A program made the position numbers and the translations under genes. 64,000 bases of DNA from Octopus sinensis (taxonomy: Eukaryota). Location of the stretch: the NCBI RefSeq assembly GCF_006345805.1, contig NC_042997.1:31682001-31746000 (forward strand), read 5' to 3'. The notes beneath the pieces were generated by a model, which was not told the origin of the DNA, ran no database searches, and saw only the letters and a program-made list of their open reading frames with translations. This document shows, piece by piece, positions 24,853 to 37,596 of this stretch. Position 1 is the stretch's first letter. Each line of letters opens with the position of its first letter.

Positions 24853-25456
24853 TAATTCTTTTGCTTTTGAAGGAGGAGATTTTGAGTGAAGCAAATTTGG
24901 CTGCTATTTTTCTCTTTTTTTTAGCATGACTGAGTGACCTCGTATGGTCTTCTACCTCCTTAACTTTATTTTGTTCTTTGGCACTTATCGGAGAAACAGG
25001 AAATATGGGAGTTAAAGGAAGAAATAAAGTAACGTAATGTTTTCACAATTGTGGTATCTAGAGGTGGTTAACTGCAACAGTGGTTGGGTTAATAATACAG
25101 GATGTACGCTTTGTTGTAGTCTCCACTTTCTGTGAATGAATACAAGTGTTTTAAGATAAGAATGTAAATTGTTCTACAAAGATTAAAAGCATACAAACAA
25201 CCAAAATACATAGAAATAAAAAGCAATGAAGCACATTACACAGCGTGTAGTTATAGGATTTATTTATTTATTTATTCGGGAGACAAAAGATTTACTGTTG
25301 ATAGAGTTGTTTTCTTTGTTTGTCTCTTTGTTTCTTTGCTGTTGTTTTATTTAGACTGTATCTGTGATTGTTAAATTAGCTGTATAAAAAGTACAACGTT
25401 TAGGATATCGATGCCTTCTGGCAATAAAAGAACACAATAAAAGACACAATGAAAAG

Positions 25457-25539
<83 letters not shown>

Positions 25540-26130
25540 GTAGATAGATAGATAGATAGATAGACAAAAATAAAGAGAAACATGGAGGAAAGATGGAAAA
25601 AAGAGAAAAGTGGGACAGAAAGAAAGGAAATAGAAGAAAGAAATCGAGGAAGTGTAAAAACAGACAGCAATAAAGGAAGAAAGAAAACAAGATAGAAAGA
25701 AAGAGAAAGAGAAAAAATGTAAATATAAAGTGACAGAAAGAAAGAAATTAAGAAAGTAGGTAAGGAATGAATGCTGGAAGTAATGAAAGAAAGTTGATGG
25801 CAGGAATGAATGATGGAATGAATGAATGAAAGAAAGGTGAGGAAAAAGAGAATGAAGAAAGCGAGAAATGAATAATTTTGAAAAGAAAGAAAGAACGAAC
25901 GAGGAAAGGGAATGACTGGTGTAAGGAAAGGAAGATAGAAAGGAAACATGGAAGGAAGGAAAGAGAGGAAGGAAGAGAGGTAGGAAAGGATAAAAGAAGA
26001 AAAGAAAGGAGGGTAATGAATGAATAGAAGGAGAACGAGGAGAGAAAGGGAAGAAGGAAGTAAGAAATAAATCGATAATACCATAAAGATAACAACAATG
26101 ATAGAAAGTTCAATGAAGATACAAAACAAG
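25457..26130. repeat. (GATA)n followed by a long purine-rich tract
   Basis: Read directly. Confidence 0.9.
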
Positions 26131-26431
26131 TAAAAAAAATACGAAAAACGAAACGGTTTAGCTTGATAAGTGAGCTGTAAAAATTAGCTGTGAAAGTGTC
26201 TTAATAAAGTCTATATAAATGAAGCAAATTGATTTCTAAGGCTGACATGAACTCACAAATATTGTTAGGGGCGGTGGTGGAGACGGAGATGGAAGGGTAC
26301 GGGTCGTTTAATTGTAACTTCAATCAATACATGACTGGTATCTGGTATTTCATCGATCGGTTATTTCTGAAGGGAGAAAAAACCAAAGAGTGGAAGCTGA
26401 CAAAACTCGATCTGATGGGAGATGAGGGGAC

Positions 26432-26531
26432 NNNNNNNNNNNNNNNNNNNNNNNNNNNNNNNNNNNNNNNNNNNNNNNNNNNNNNNNNNNNNNNNNNNNN
26501 NNNNNNNNNNNNNNNNNNNNNNNNNNNNNNN
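26432..26531. other. Assembly gap
   Basis: Run of 100 N. Confidence 0.95.
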
Positions 26532-26825
26532 AAAGCGTGGTCAGGTGAGGGTACGAGAAAACAGACACACAGAAACACGCACAGACAAACTGCCGTTTAT
26601 ATAGAGAGAGATATTAGAAGCTTTGTTCTTAACGGCGAGGCTTGAATGTTGCTTATGTCATAAAATTTCTCGAAGTTTGGAAATTCTTACCATAATTGTG
26701 GTGCTGTAGACATGGCTGTGTCATTGAGACGTTTACTTTACAATTACATGCTTTGAGTTCGCTTCCACTGCGCTGTACCTTCAACAAACATCCTTCATAT
26801 GTCGCACCGACCAACGAGTTGTGAT

Positions 26826-27135
26826 TTTTTTTTTGTTTGTTCCTTCTCTAGCCATGCCTGGCTTATAAGGGCTGGTTTCCCGGTTTCCTTGGCGTATAGG
26901 TTCCCCCACCTGGATGGGACGCCGGTCCGTCGCAGGTGAGTTGCAAGATGCAGGAGGAAAGAGTGAGAGAAAGTTGCGGCGAAAGTGTCAGCAGAAGTTC
27001 GCCATTGCCTTCTGCTGGAGCTGCGTGGAGCTTCGGTGTTTTGCTCATAAGCACACACATCGCCCGATCTGAGGTTCGAACCCGCGATCCCTCGACCGCG
27101 AGTCCGCTTCTCTAACCACTTGGCCATGTGCCTCC
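26826..27135 (-). mobile_element. SINE family A head with tail type 2
   Basis: Has the same head (ggaggcacatggccaagtggttagagaagcggactcgcggtcg), but the 3' part ends ...gggaacctatacgccaaggaaaccgggaaacc..., which is shared with family D. Confidence 0.8.
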
Positions 27136-27292
27136 TCAACGAGTTGTGAATGAATTTAATTGATAGAAAATGTGTAGTAGTCCGTCGTACGTACGTAATA
27201 CATACATACATAATACATAATACATACATAATACATACATAATACATACATACATACATGCATACATACATACATACATGCATACATACATA

Positions 27293-27866
27293 CTTTGAAG
27301 GCTTTGTGTTTGCAATCCAGGAAAAGGAGATTGCCATAAAGTACCTGGTGAACAAGATATAGTGACGCTCTTGTAATCCTAAAGTGCAACTGCATGTGTA
27401 GGATAAGTTATGTTTCTGTGTAAAACATCACGCATGTGATTAACAGCAGTCTTAAAATCACGGTACTACATCCATATGCAGCACGATGTTCTTGCTAAAA
27501 CATCCGCAAAAAAGACTGTCCTGAAGCAATAAAATATCAATGGACAACTGCTTCGAAACCTCCAATTTCTATATCCAGACTATGAATTCATATTCATACC
27601 AATAATAATTGGAGCACTGGTTTTTGTTAGTAAATGCATAAAGGAGAATCTGGATAATATGGATTTTCAGAAAGAGAAATCAACCGGCTAATTCGTAAAT
27701 TACAAGTGCAATCTATGAGTGGAACAGTAAAAGTATGCAAGACTTTTCGCAGGTTCTCAATGTAAATTTGTCTGTTAACTACTTTTCAAAGATAGAGCCT
27801 TGTATCTTTGCTGGGAACCGGTTCCCTCCTCAGTGGAATATTTATAATAATTAAAAAAATTGGAGA
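27293..27866 (+). mobile_element. R4/Dong-like RLE non-LTR retrotransposon, 5'-truncated and decayed
   Basis: Conceptual translation FEGFVFAIQEKEIAIKYL.., RYYIHMQHDVLAK, GQLLRNLQFLYPDYEFIFIPIIIGAL, EINRLIRKLQVQSMSGTVKVCKTF. (CATA)n lies on both sides. Confidence 0.75.
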
Positions 27867-27976
27867 CATACATACATACATACATACATACATACATACA
27901 TACATACATACATACATACATACATACATACATACATACATTTATGTGTGTGTGTGTGTATGCGCGTGTGTATACC

Positions 27977-28255
27977 TACGCAGGATGCTGAAAAGCTCCT
28001 GGCTTTGGGTTATAGAAAATGCAACCATTTATTTACCTATGGACCTCATTGACTCCTATTTTACACGTACGGACACCCATAGCCATTCGATGTTGTAAAA
28101 ATCCTGTTCTATGATTTTTCTCACCATATTTCTCTCTCAGTTTCACACACGGTCCGTCAGTTTTTTCTACGCCTTGTAAAAGAACTCGGAAGGTTGGGCT
28201 TCTAGTAAGGCCTTTCACGATACCCTTAAAGCCAGGAACTTTTTAGCATCCATCC
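27977..28255. mobile_element. Mariner-like MITE
   Basis: Inverted repeats ggatgctgaaaagctcctggcttt (27983-28006) and aaagccaggaactttttagcatcc (28228-28251), with 2 mismatches. Confidence 0.6.
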
Positions 28256-28629
28256 ACACTGCTTGACAACTGATGCTAGTTTGTTTACGTCCATATAAGT
28301 TTATGGATTTTGGAAAGAGAAGGTTATAGATTGTCGAAGAGAATACGTACACGTGTACATTTGTTTGTCTAATCTACTGGTTGTCAAGCATTTACTTACC
28401 TATGGACTCCTTTGTTTCCTATTGTACACGTATAAGCCCCCATAGCCATTCGATGTTTTAAAAATCCTATTCTATTTTCATAATTAAGTAATAGGAATTG
28501 CATAAAAACATTAAAATATTTTGTGTACTTTAGAAGTATAATCTCTTTATTGCACATAAATTTTTACAAAAAAGTCTTATGCAGACTCCAAGAGTCATAA
28601 GGACGCCGTTGAAAACCATTGGTCTAAAC

Positions 28630-29020
28630 CAGCGGTTCCAACCATTTTTTTAAAACCTAAGGACCCCTTTGAATACTATTATATTCTAGTGCACCTCCCT
28701 AGCCATTCAATGTTAAAAAACTAGTTTTGTAGATACAGCTTTCAAAGTTCTTATTTGTTTTGCAAACATTCAATTGCGTAGGTTAAGAATAGTCCTCACC
28801 GAGAGAACTTGTTTCAGTGACCAGAAACATGATAAACTCTGTAAAACGTTAGAAAAAGAAACGTAGCTTTTTCTTGCAATAAACACACCAAGGGCAGAAT
28901 TTTTTCATGAACTCTTAAAATTCTACTGTGGATTCCCAATTTACTATTTTGCTTACGAGGACCCCACAAAATCCTATATGGACCTTTAGGGTTCATATGG
29001 ACTCCGGTTGAGAACCATTG
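28630..29020. mobile_element. hAT-type MITE with an 8-bp TSD
   Basis: Termini CAGCGGTTCCAACC and GGTTGAGAACCATTG. GTCTAAAC is duplicated at 28622-28629 and 29021-29028. A related element ends immediately to its left at 28621. Confidence 0.85.
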
Positions 29021-29138
29021 GTCTAAACGTTTCAAAGCAGCGCCCTAGCATGGCCAAAATCCAAGGACAAAAATCAAGTTTAAGAATAGAACAAGTTAAT
29101 GAATAAAACGGTCATAATGCAGTGAATATGGGGATATT

Positions 29139-29364
29139 TTAACCATTTAGCATTTAAAACGGTTATATCCGGTCAAAATATCCTGCATGTTTTATGTTCA
29201 AACTAGCCAGATGAAACCTCTCACACCTACACTACAATGTTATTCTAAGAATATACAACCAAGTCATCAAAATCCTCAAGCTATGAGATAACGTATCGTT
29301 AATTCAAAACAATATGAATAAATAAGCTTTACATTTGACAATTATCTGAATGCTAAAAGGTTAT
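29139..29364. mobile_element. piggyBac-like MITE
   Basis: TTAA-CCATTTAGCATT ... AATGCTAAAAGG-TTAT. Confidence 0.65.
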
Positions 29365-29699
29365 CGCATAAAAGTATTGTAACATCTTCATATAGTTTTC
29401 TCAGATATCTGATGAGAGAAAAGACAAGTACGATGGCAAAGTTGTAATATGGGACATTATAAGCTAAATGTAAGAGTGGGTGGTCTCAAGGAATGGGTCT
29501 ACGTTGTCATTCACTCGAGTGTCCTCGACCCCTGCCTGATATGTAAGGTTCACTGGACTAGCTGATATGTTCACAATATTGTCTTTCTGTAATTTAGGAA
29601 GTTTACTGATCATATATCAGAAAGCATGAATAAAAACAAAGCATGCGATATTATCATTCCCTTTCTTCCTTTCTCTATCTATGGTTACCTCTCTCTGTC

Positions 29700-29747
<48 letters not shown>

Positions 29748-29815
29748 GATACAGAGTGTGTTGTGTGTGTGTGTGCACGCCGCGTGTTGCAAATATATGC
29801 ATATATATATATATA

Positions 29816-29856
<41 letters not shown>

Positions 29857-30015
29857 CGTAGATACACATGCATACTCGAACTCATATTTCTGTGTAAGTG
29901 TAAATATACATATATAACATGGGTAAATTGTTGTTTATATAGATAGTATATATATGTATATATATATAATATGTGTGTGGTGTGTGTATGTGGTGTGTGT
30001 GTGTCTGTGCGTGTG

Positions 30016-30060
<45 letters not shown>

Positions 30061-30239
30061 ATATATTTCGACAGACAGATGTTAGATAATATATATACAT
30101 ATATGCAGGCATTCTCAAACATCATGTATTCAACATATCTGTAACACACACACACACTCGCGCGCGCAGACATACTGATCCACCTATATACATACGTAAG
30201 TATACACACACACATACACACACCACACACATATATATA

Positions 30240-31068
30240 CGAACGGGTACCCAAAGTAATCGTAAACGTTCTCTGTGGGACAGACCTCTTGTAGCTCAAG
30301 CTCTCTCCATTAGAATTCTTACTGCCCCATGGTGCGACATTGTTTTGCAGCGCTTCTCCCTATTCGTCGACTTTTGCAATGGCTGAAACGAGGGAACAGC
30401 GTGCTTCAGTGAAATTCTGTTTTTCTGCAGGGGATAAGGGCGACCGAAATAATTGTCATGCTTCAAACAGCTTATAAGGATGCTGCTATAAGAAAATCAC
30501 GAGTTTGCGAGTGATTTTCACGCTTTAGGAATGGTCAGTTGTCGCTTCAAGACCAACCTCGATCAGGACGATCGTCGACGTCCTGAACGAATAAAAACGC
30601 CATGAAAATTCATGAACTGATGTTAGGCGATCGTCATTGAACAACTGGCAAACTTGTTGATATGACTGGCGTGTCCTGGAGCTCCCGCCAACGAATTTTG
30701 AGCGAGGGATTGCGACTGAAAAGAGTTACAGAAAAATCTGTGCCTCGCTTGCTCGCGAAGGATAAAAAGCAGTCACGACTGAATATGTGTTGTGAACTGA
30801 AAGAACTATTGAAAGTCATGGCTGGTGACGAAAGCTGGTGCTACGGAATTTTCCAGGTGTGGAAGAGTTGGACAAAAACACGATGAAGCGCATTAAAAGG
30901 CACCACTTCGCAAGAGTTCCAGCACTGCTTCGAGTAGTGGAAAACCTACCTGGACCGATGCATTGCTTCAAATGGGAAATACTTTGAAGGCGATGAAAGT
31001 GTAAACATGCAAAACTTTGTGAATAGAATCATATTGGAAAATTCCGATTTCTTTTTTGAACCATCTCG
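30240..31068 (+). mobile_element. Internally deleted mariner element
   Basis: MAETREQRASVKFCF.., PRSGR, SVPRLL (WVPxxL-like), AGDESWCYG, then EFQHCFE*WKTYLDRCIASNGKYFEGD. TA-flanked imperfect TIRs. Confidence 0.9.
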
Positions 31069-31095
31069 TATAGACGTATATACAATATATATATA

Positions 31096-31141
<46 letters not shown>

Positions 31142-31177
31142 TGTATATGTATATATGTATATGTATATGTATACGTA

Positions 31178-31216
<39 letters not shown>

Positions 31217-32611
31217 TATATATTATATATATATATTATATAACAAAACAAAAATGGAAGAAGAACGTAACAGGCGACAACAAAACATTCGGAGAGGAAA
31301 AAAACAATGACGGGTCATATATGTGTGTGTGTGTATGAATACACACGTACACACACATTTATGTATATGTATATATACATACACACACATATATGTGTAT
31401 ATGTATGTGTGTATGTATGTACGTATGTATGTATGCATGTATGTATATATATATATATATGCATGAATGTGTATGTATACACACACACGCACACACACAT
31501 ATATACACACATATATATATAGATGCATGTATGTATGAATGTATGTATATATATATTCTTTTGTTTTTTTTTAATTTCCGTATATATGTATCAATGTTGC
31601 TTGAGCGAAAGGTGAGAAATACGGTTTACACAGGTGAAGACTTGTACTTCTGTGTGTCTACAATGATTCACATTTCACAGACAGAAATTAAGAAAAGAAA
31701 AAAAAAATCACACTCATTCAAACATTGACACTACCCCCCCACACACACACACTCATTCGCACGCATACATAGATGCAGAATTGTATGTGCGTATTTACAA
31801 AGGCACATAGATTAAAAAAATCATCTTACTCTTTCTTTCTGTATCATGTATCTATCCATCTCTGTCTCTCTCTCTGTTACTCTGCTGATTCATACATACA
31901 TATACATATATATATACACACACACACGTTCATACATACAAGCGCATACATACATTATGCAAGAGACATTGATATATAGATGCGGACATTTATATAACTA
32001 TGTGCGTGAGGGTGTGAACACACACACACACACACACACACACACCACACATATATATATATAAATTTTATTCCTGGTTTTGATGGTTATTCCTGGTTTT
32101 GATGCACTAAGCCACTTGGTGTTAAATGGATGTACTATTAAATTAGTATCCAATTCTCTCACCTTATTAGTTGATTATAATATATATATATATATATATT
32201 TTATATATATTATATATTATATATATTATATATATATATATATTTATATAATATATATATTATATATATATATATATATAATATAGATATAGTACATACA
32301 TACATTCACACACACACACACACACACAAAAAACAACACAGCGGACATGCAGAAGTATATAGATATACATATCTTTCGTGGAATGTGCGAGTATATATTC
32401 ACGCAGTATAAAGCATAACTGAATATTTTCACACGTATATTTATTTGCAAATTCACTAAACCGTATGTGTAAATAATCTAACACACTCAATTGAAATTTC
32501 ATACTGAAATATATACATTCACACGCTCATCGAATGCCACAGCTTCCTATAAGTTTCGCACTCACTTTATCTTCATGCATAAGACATCATAAACAAAACG
32601 CCAAGAAGTGT

Positions 32612-33363
32612 CAGTAGTTCTCAACCGGGGTCCATATGGCCCCTACTGGTCCGTATAAAATTTGAGGGTATCCACACTTCAAAATAATTAATTAGGGATC
32701 TACAACAGTAATTCAAGGTTGTTGGTGGAGGCGCAATGGCCCAGTGGTTAGAGCAGCGGACTCGCGGTCGTAGGATCGCGGTTTCGATTCCCAGACCGGG
32801 CGTTGTGAGTGTTTATTGAGCGAAAACACCTAAAGCTCCACGAGGCTCCGGCAGGGGATGGTGGTGATCCCTGCTGTACTCTTTCACCACAACTTTCTCT
32901 CACTCTTACGTCCTGTTTCTGTTGTACCTGTATTTCAAGGGGCCGGCCTTGTCACTCTCTGTGTCACGCTGAATATCCCCGAGAACTACGTTAAGTGTAC
33001 ACGTGTCTGTGGAGTGCTCAGCCACTTACACGTTAATTTCACGAGCAGGCAGTTCCGTTGATCGGATCAACCGGAACCCTCGTCGTCGGAACCGACGGAG
33101 TGCTTCCATCCATCAAGGTTGTTGAAAAAATGTTGCTTTAGATTTATTTATTGATATGTATTGCGAGAAACAGTTACGTTTCCTTCTCTAACATCTTACT
33201 TAGTTTATCCTACACGACATAACTCGTGGAAAACAAAATAGGAATTTTGAAAACTGGTTTTTTAAAGTTTTAAGTTATTAAACTTCGGATGGTATTGGAG
33301 TTCACCAGAATAAAATAGTAATCAAAGCGGTCCCTAGATAAAAAAAATGGTTGAGAACTCCTG
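32612..33363. mobile_element. hAT-type MITE, same family, split by a SINE
   Basis: Termini CAGTAGTTCTCAACC and GGTTGAGAACTCCTG; the internal sequence is homologous to 28814-29020. Confidence 0.8.
32725..33112 (+). mobile_element. tRNA-derived SINE, family A, tail type 1; inserted in a hAT MITE
   Basis: Head ggaggcgcaatggcccagtggttag...gtttcgattccc. A 12-bp TSD, TCAAGGTTGTTG, lies at 32713-32724 and 33113-33124. Confidence 0.9.
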
Positions 33364-33600
33364 TTCCACGCTGTATGTTTTACATGTTGGTGCAACACCC
33401 AATCCTCCCTCAAAAGACTCACAGTAGGTCGGCAATTCATGTTGAACCAGCAACAGCGACAACAAAATGAAAAATAAATCTATTTCGTCAAATGCGTACA
33501 AGATCAGTTTTACTCATATGTGTGAGCGCGCGCGTGAGTATTTGTCTGTGTACGTGCGTGTGTCTGTGTGCATGTACGTGTGTGTACCTTCTATTTATTC

Positions 33601-33976
33601 ACGGAGGCGCAATGGCAGCGGACTCGCGGTCATAGGATCGCGGTTTCAATTCCCAGACCGGGCGTTGTGAGTGTTTATTGAGCGAAAACACCTAAAGCTC
33701 CACGAGGCTCCGGCATGGATGGTGGTGATCCCTGCTGTACTCTTTCACCACAACTTTCTCTCACTCTTACTTCCTGTTTCTGTTGTACCTGTATTTCAAG
33801 GGGCCGGCCTTGTCACTCTCTGTGTCACGCTGAATATCCCCGAGAACTACGTTAGGGGTACACGTGTCTGTGGAGTGCTCAGCCACTTACACGTTAATTT
33901 CACGAGCAGGCTGTTCCGTTGATTCGGATCAACCGGAACCCTCGTCGTCGTACACCGACGGAGTGCTTCCATTCTT
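33601..33976 (+). mobile_element. SINE family A, tail type 1
   Basis: Near-identical to 32725-33112 with an A-box-region deletion. A 13-bp TSD, CTTCTATTTATTC, lies at 33588-33600 and 33977-33989. Confidence 0.9.
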
Positions 33977-35123
33977 CTTCTATTTATTCGTATGCGATGT
34001 AAAAACTGGTATTGACATCAACAAAAGCCATCACCGAGGGCGACAAATTTGCGGCTTTCAGGAGCATTGTATCGAACCTTTTCTATTATATTCACAAGAT
34101 TTGGAATTCTTCAGTAAGGGATTATTGATAATGTCGAACCCAGTTTTTAACTAATATTTATTTCTCGACTACGAATTCATAAAAGGCAAAGCCGGCCTCA
34201 GCGGCATTTGAACTAAAAACGTAAAGACGGGCGAAATTTCGCTCAGTGTGTTAACGATTCTGTCACCTGGAGGCAATATTTGTTTTGATGTTCTGTACTG
34301 AGTTTTATATCTCGCCTATGCAAACTTACCATTTTATCCTTTTGTGCGTCATTGAATAATACAAATTTTGTGTCTTTTGGTTTCAAGCAGCAACTGTTGC
34401 GGCGATATTGGTGCACAGGTACATCGGTCCAAGTCAGTGGCCTCTCTCTTGGGCAACGTCGGTGCGGAAGAAAAGAGAGACGGCAGATTAAAATGTTCAG
34501 CAAATGTCCTCGTCTATATACAGTGATATGGGCAACCCTGACTAATCGTGGACTCCAGAAACTCCCCACTACCACCACCGCCACAACCGCCACCACCACT
34601 AATAACAACAACAACACTTCCTATAGCCGTCACTTGGAGTCGATGACTTTGCAACATGAAGCATATATTTTGCTTTTGCCAATTGCTTTAGGCGCCCGTG
34701 CAATCTCGAACAAACATAAATGTTCTCTCGTTCTTCCCTCTTTGACTCACTGGAGAAATGGCAGTAGAATAAAGAGAGGTCTGCACCAGTACTAGTCTAG
34801 TAGTTTCTCTACAGACCCCGGATGGATGAAGGGCAAAGTTGCCTTCAGAACGCAGAGACCCGTTACGACTACCGCAAAGCATTCTAACGGACAACTCCAT
34901 TTCACAACAACTACTGCTATTATCGCAAGAAATGCAGAACCTGGTTCGATCTGGACTGAAAACTTCAAAATGCAGAATGAAACGGTGCTTTACTAATTTA
35001 GCTACGTGTTTCTATACTCTTCGCTATTTTAAAGATGGATATTAAGGCTGTCTTTGATTAACCCCAGGTGAGCTTCACTGATTGAGTTATCCCTAGTACT
35101 TGATGGGTATTAAATTTATCAAC

Positions 35124-35535
35124 CGCAGGAGTGGCTGTGTGGTAAGTAGCTTGCTAACCAACCACATGGTTCCGGGTTCAGTCCCACTGCGTGGCATCTT
35201 GGGCAAGTGTCTTCTGCTATAGCCTCGGGCCGACCAATTCCTCGTGAGTGGATTTGGTAGACGGAAACTGAAAGAAGCCTGTCGTATATATGTATATATA
35301 TATGTATGTGTGTGTATATGTTTGTGTGTCTGTGTTTGTCCCCCCACCATCGCTTGACAACCGATGCTGGTGGGTTATCGTCCCCGTCACTTAGCGGTTC
35401 GACAAAAAGAGATCGATAGAATAAGTACTGGGCTTACAAAGAATAAGTCCCGGGGTCGATTTGCTCGACTAAAAAAAGGTGGTGCTCCAGCATGGCCGCA
35501 GTCAAATGACTGAAACAAGTAAAAGAGTAAAGAGT
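35124..35535 (+). mobile_element. SINE family B
   Basis: Full-length, well-conserved copy. Confidence 0.85.
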
Positions 35536-35965
35536 AGAGAGTAACCCTAGTTAAAAGAAATGCAATGTCACCCATCACAATATTTAAACATAGCACGTAA
35601 GAAAAAGAAAAGGAAAAAACATATCACGAATACTGATGCTCAGTTGATTGAAAATAACAATTGTTTCAATCGTAAGCAAAAACCCAGAAAGTTTGAGCAT
35701 CACGAGTTAATCGGTTAAAATGACAGCGTTACTTGATTTATACTTTACTTTATCGACTCAAACATGAAGAGAAGCAAACTGATTCCTGTGGGATTTAAAT
35801 TCAAAACGCAGAGAAGCAAGAACTACCGTAAGGTTTTTATTCCTCATTTTCACCTCCTAATGCTTCTTTCAATATACCACTATAAATAATTTCTTAGATT
35901 GGCGCAAATTCGGAAATATAGGAAGTATAGTCGATTAAATCGACATCAGTTCTAAACTGGTACTG

Positions 35966-36338
35966 GATGGAAGCACTCCGTCGGTTACGACGATGAGGGT
36001 TCCGGTTGATCCGAATCAACGGAACAGCCTGCTCGTGAAATTAACGTGTAAGTGGCTGAGCACTCTACAGACACGTGCACCCTTAACGTAGTTCTCAGGG
36101 ATATTTAGCGTGACACAGAGAGTGACAAGGCCGGCCCCTTGAAATACAGGTACAACAGAAACAGGAAGTAAGAGTGAGAGAAAGTTGTGGTGAAAGAGTA
36201 CAGCAGGGATCACCACCATCCCCTGCCGGAGCCTCGTGGAGCTTTTTAGGTGTTTTCGCTCAATAAACACTCACAACGCCCGGTCTGGGAATCGAAACCG
36301 CGATCCTACGACCGCGAGTCCGCTGCCCTAACCACTGG
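35966..36338 (-). mobile_element. SINE family A, tail type 1; inserted in a family C copy
   Basis: Reverse copy flanked by an ACTGGTACT direct repeat. Family C remnants lie on both sides (about 35915-35965 and 36339-36460). Confidence 0.9.
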
Positions 36339-36935
36339 TACTAAAGTTTATTGATACCGAGAAAATGGAAGTAAAGTCAACCACAGAGGGATTTGAACTC
36401 AGAACAAAAAAAAAAAAAAGCGAAAACTAATACTGCAAAGCATTTTATCTGATAATCTTCCGACAAAAAATATCAAATAAACAATAACGCTTGCTGACGC
36501 AGTTGCGATTTGAACTCATAATACCAAAGAATTACAACTTAGTCCTTAACCGTTGTTGCAAGAGAAACGCCTTTCCTCTTTGTATGATAATATAAACGAT
36601 ACTAATTACGAAACTTGTGGTTTTAATGCGGGTGGCGCCAGTCAATGCGTAAACGGCTCATATAATTTTCCAACGTATTTTTTAACAATTCATTTCCCTT
36701 ACTGCAAGTAATGCCTCTATTCAGACAAAAGAACATTAAGGGAAAAAACGTGTAAGGCGGTATGTTAACGCAGACATACACATACGTGTAATATATTCAT
36801 ATTAAGATTACTCCCTTACCAGCAGAACCCCATTTCTTTCTCTCTCTCCCTTTCCCTTTCTAAACATACATGCATACATACATATTGATACATAAGTATA
36901 TATATAAATACAGACACGCATCTATCTATCCATTC

Positions 36936-36977
<42 letters not shown>

Positions 36978-36984
36978 AGTTATA

Positions 36985-37352
36985 CTTTTACTTACTTTAC
37001 TTTTACTTGTTTCAGTCATTTGACTGCGGCCATGCTGGAGTACCGCCTTTAGTCGAGCAAATCGACCCCGGGACTTATTCTTTGTAAGCCCAGTACTTAT
37101 TCTATCGGTCTCTTTTGCCGAACCGCTAAGTGACGGGGACATAAACGCACCAGCATCGGTTGTCAAGCAATGCTAGGGGGACAAACACAGACACACAAAC
37201 ATATACACACACATACATACATATATATATACAAATAATATATACGACAGGCTTCTTTCAGTTTCCGTCTACCAAATCCACTCACAAGGCATTGGTCGGT
37301 CCGAGGCTATAGTAGAAGACACTTGGCCAAAGGGACTGAACCCGGAAGCATG
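36985..37352 (-). mobile_element. SINE family B
   Basis: Head is partly deleted; body and tail are intact. Confidence 0.85.
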
Positions 37353-37394
37353 TGGTTGGTATTCAAATAAAATTAGTGTACAGTTATTAATTAG

Positions 37395-37541
37395 TACGCA
37401 ACTGGTACTTAATTTCTCGAGCCATGAAGGATAAAAGGCAAGTTAGACCGCGGCGGAATTTGAACTCAGAACGTAAAGACAGACGAAATGTTGCTAATCC
37501 TTTTGCCCAGCTTGCCAACGATTCTGTCAGCTCGCCGCTTT
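37395..37541 (-). mobile_element. SINE family C
   Basis: gcggaatttgaactcagaacgt...ttctgtcagctcgccgctt. Confidence 0.8.
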
Positions 37542-37596
37542 ATATAAAGTTATAAATAATAGCGTGTAAAATATTAGTTTCAATATATATCTAAAT

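Noticed and set aside
25371-26129. 252-aa hydrophobic ORF
   Set aside because: It is a translation of a polypyrimidine/(TCTA)n strand and is a compositional artefact.
32725-32800. tRNA genes at SINE heads (also 33601, 36338, 27135, 38387, 63577)
   Set aside because: A/B boxes are present, but the cloverleaf is incomplete and each continues into a SINE body, several with TSDs.
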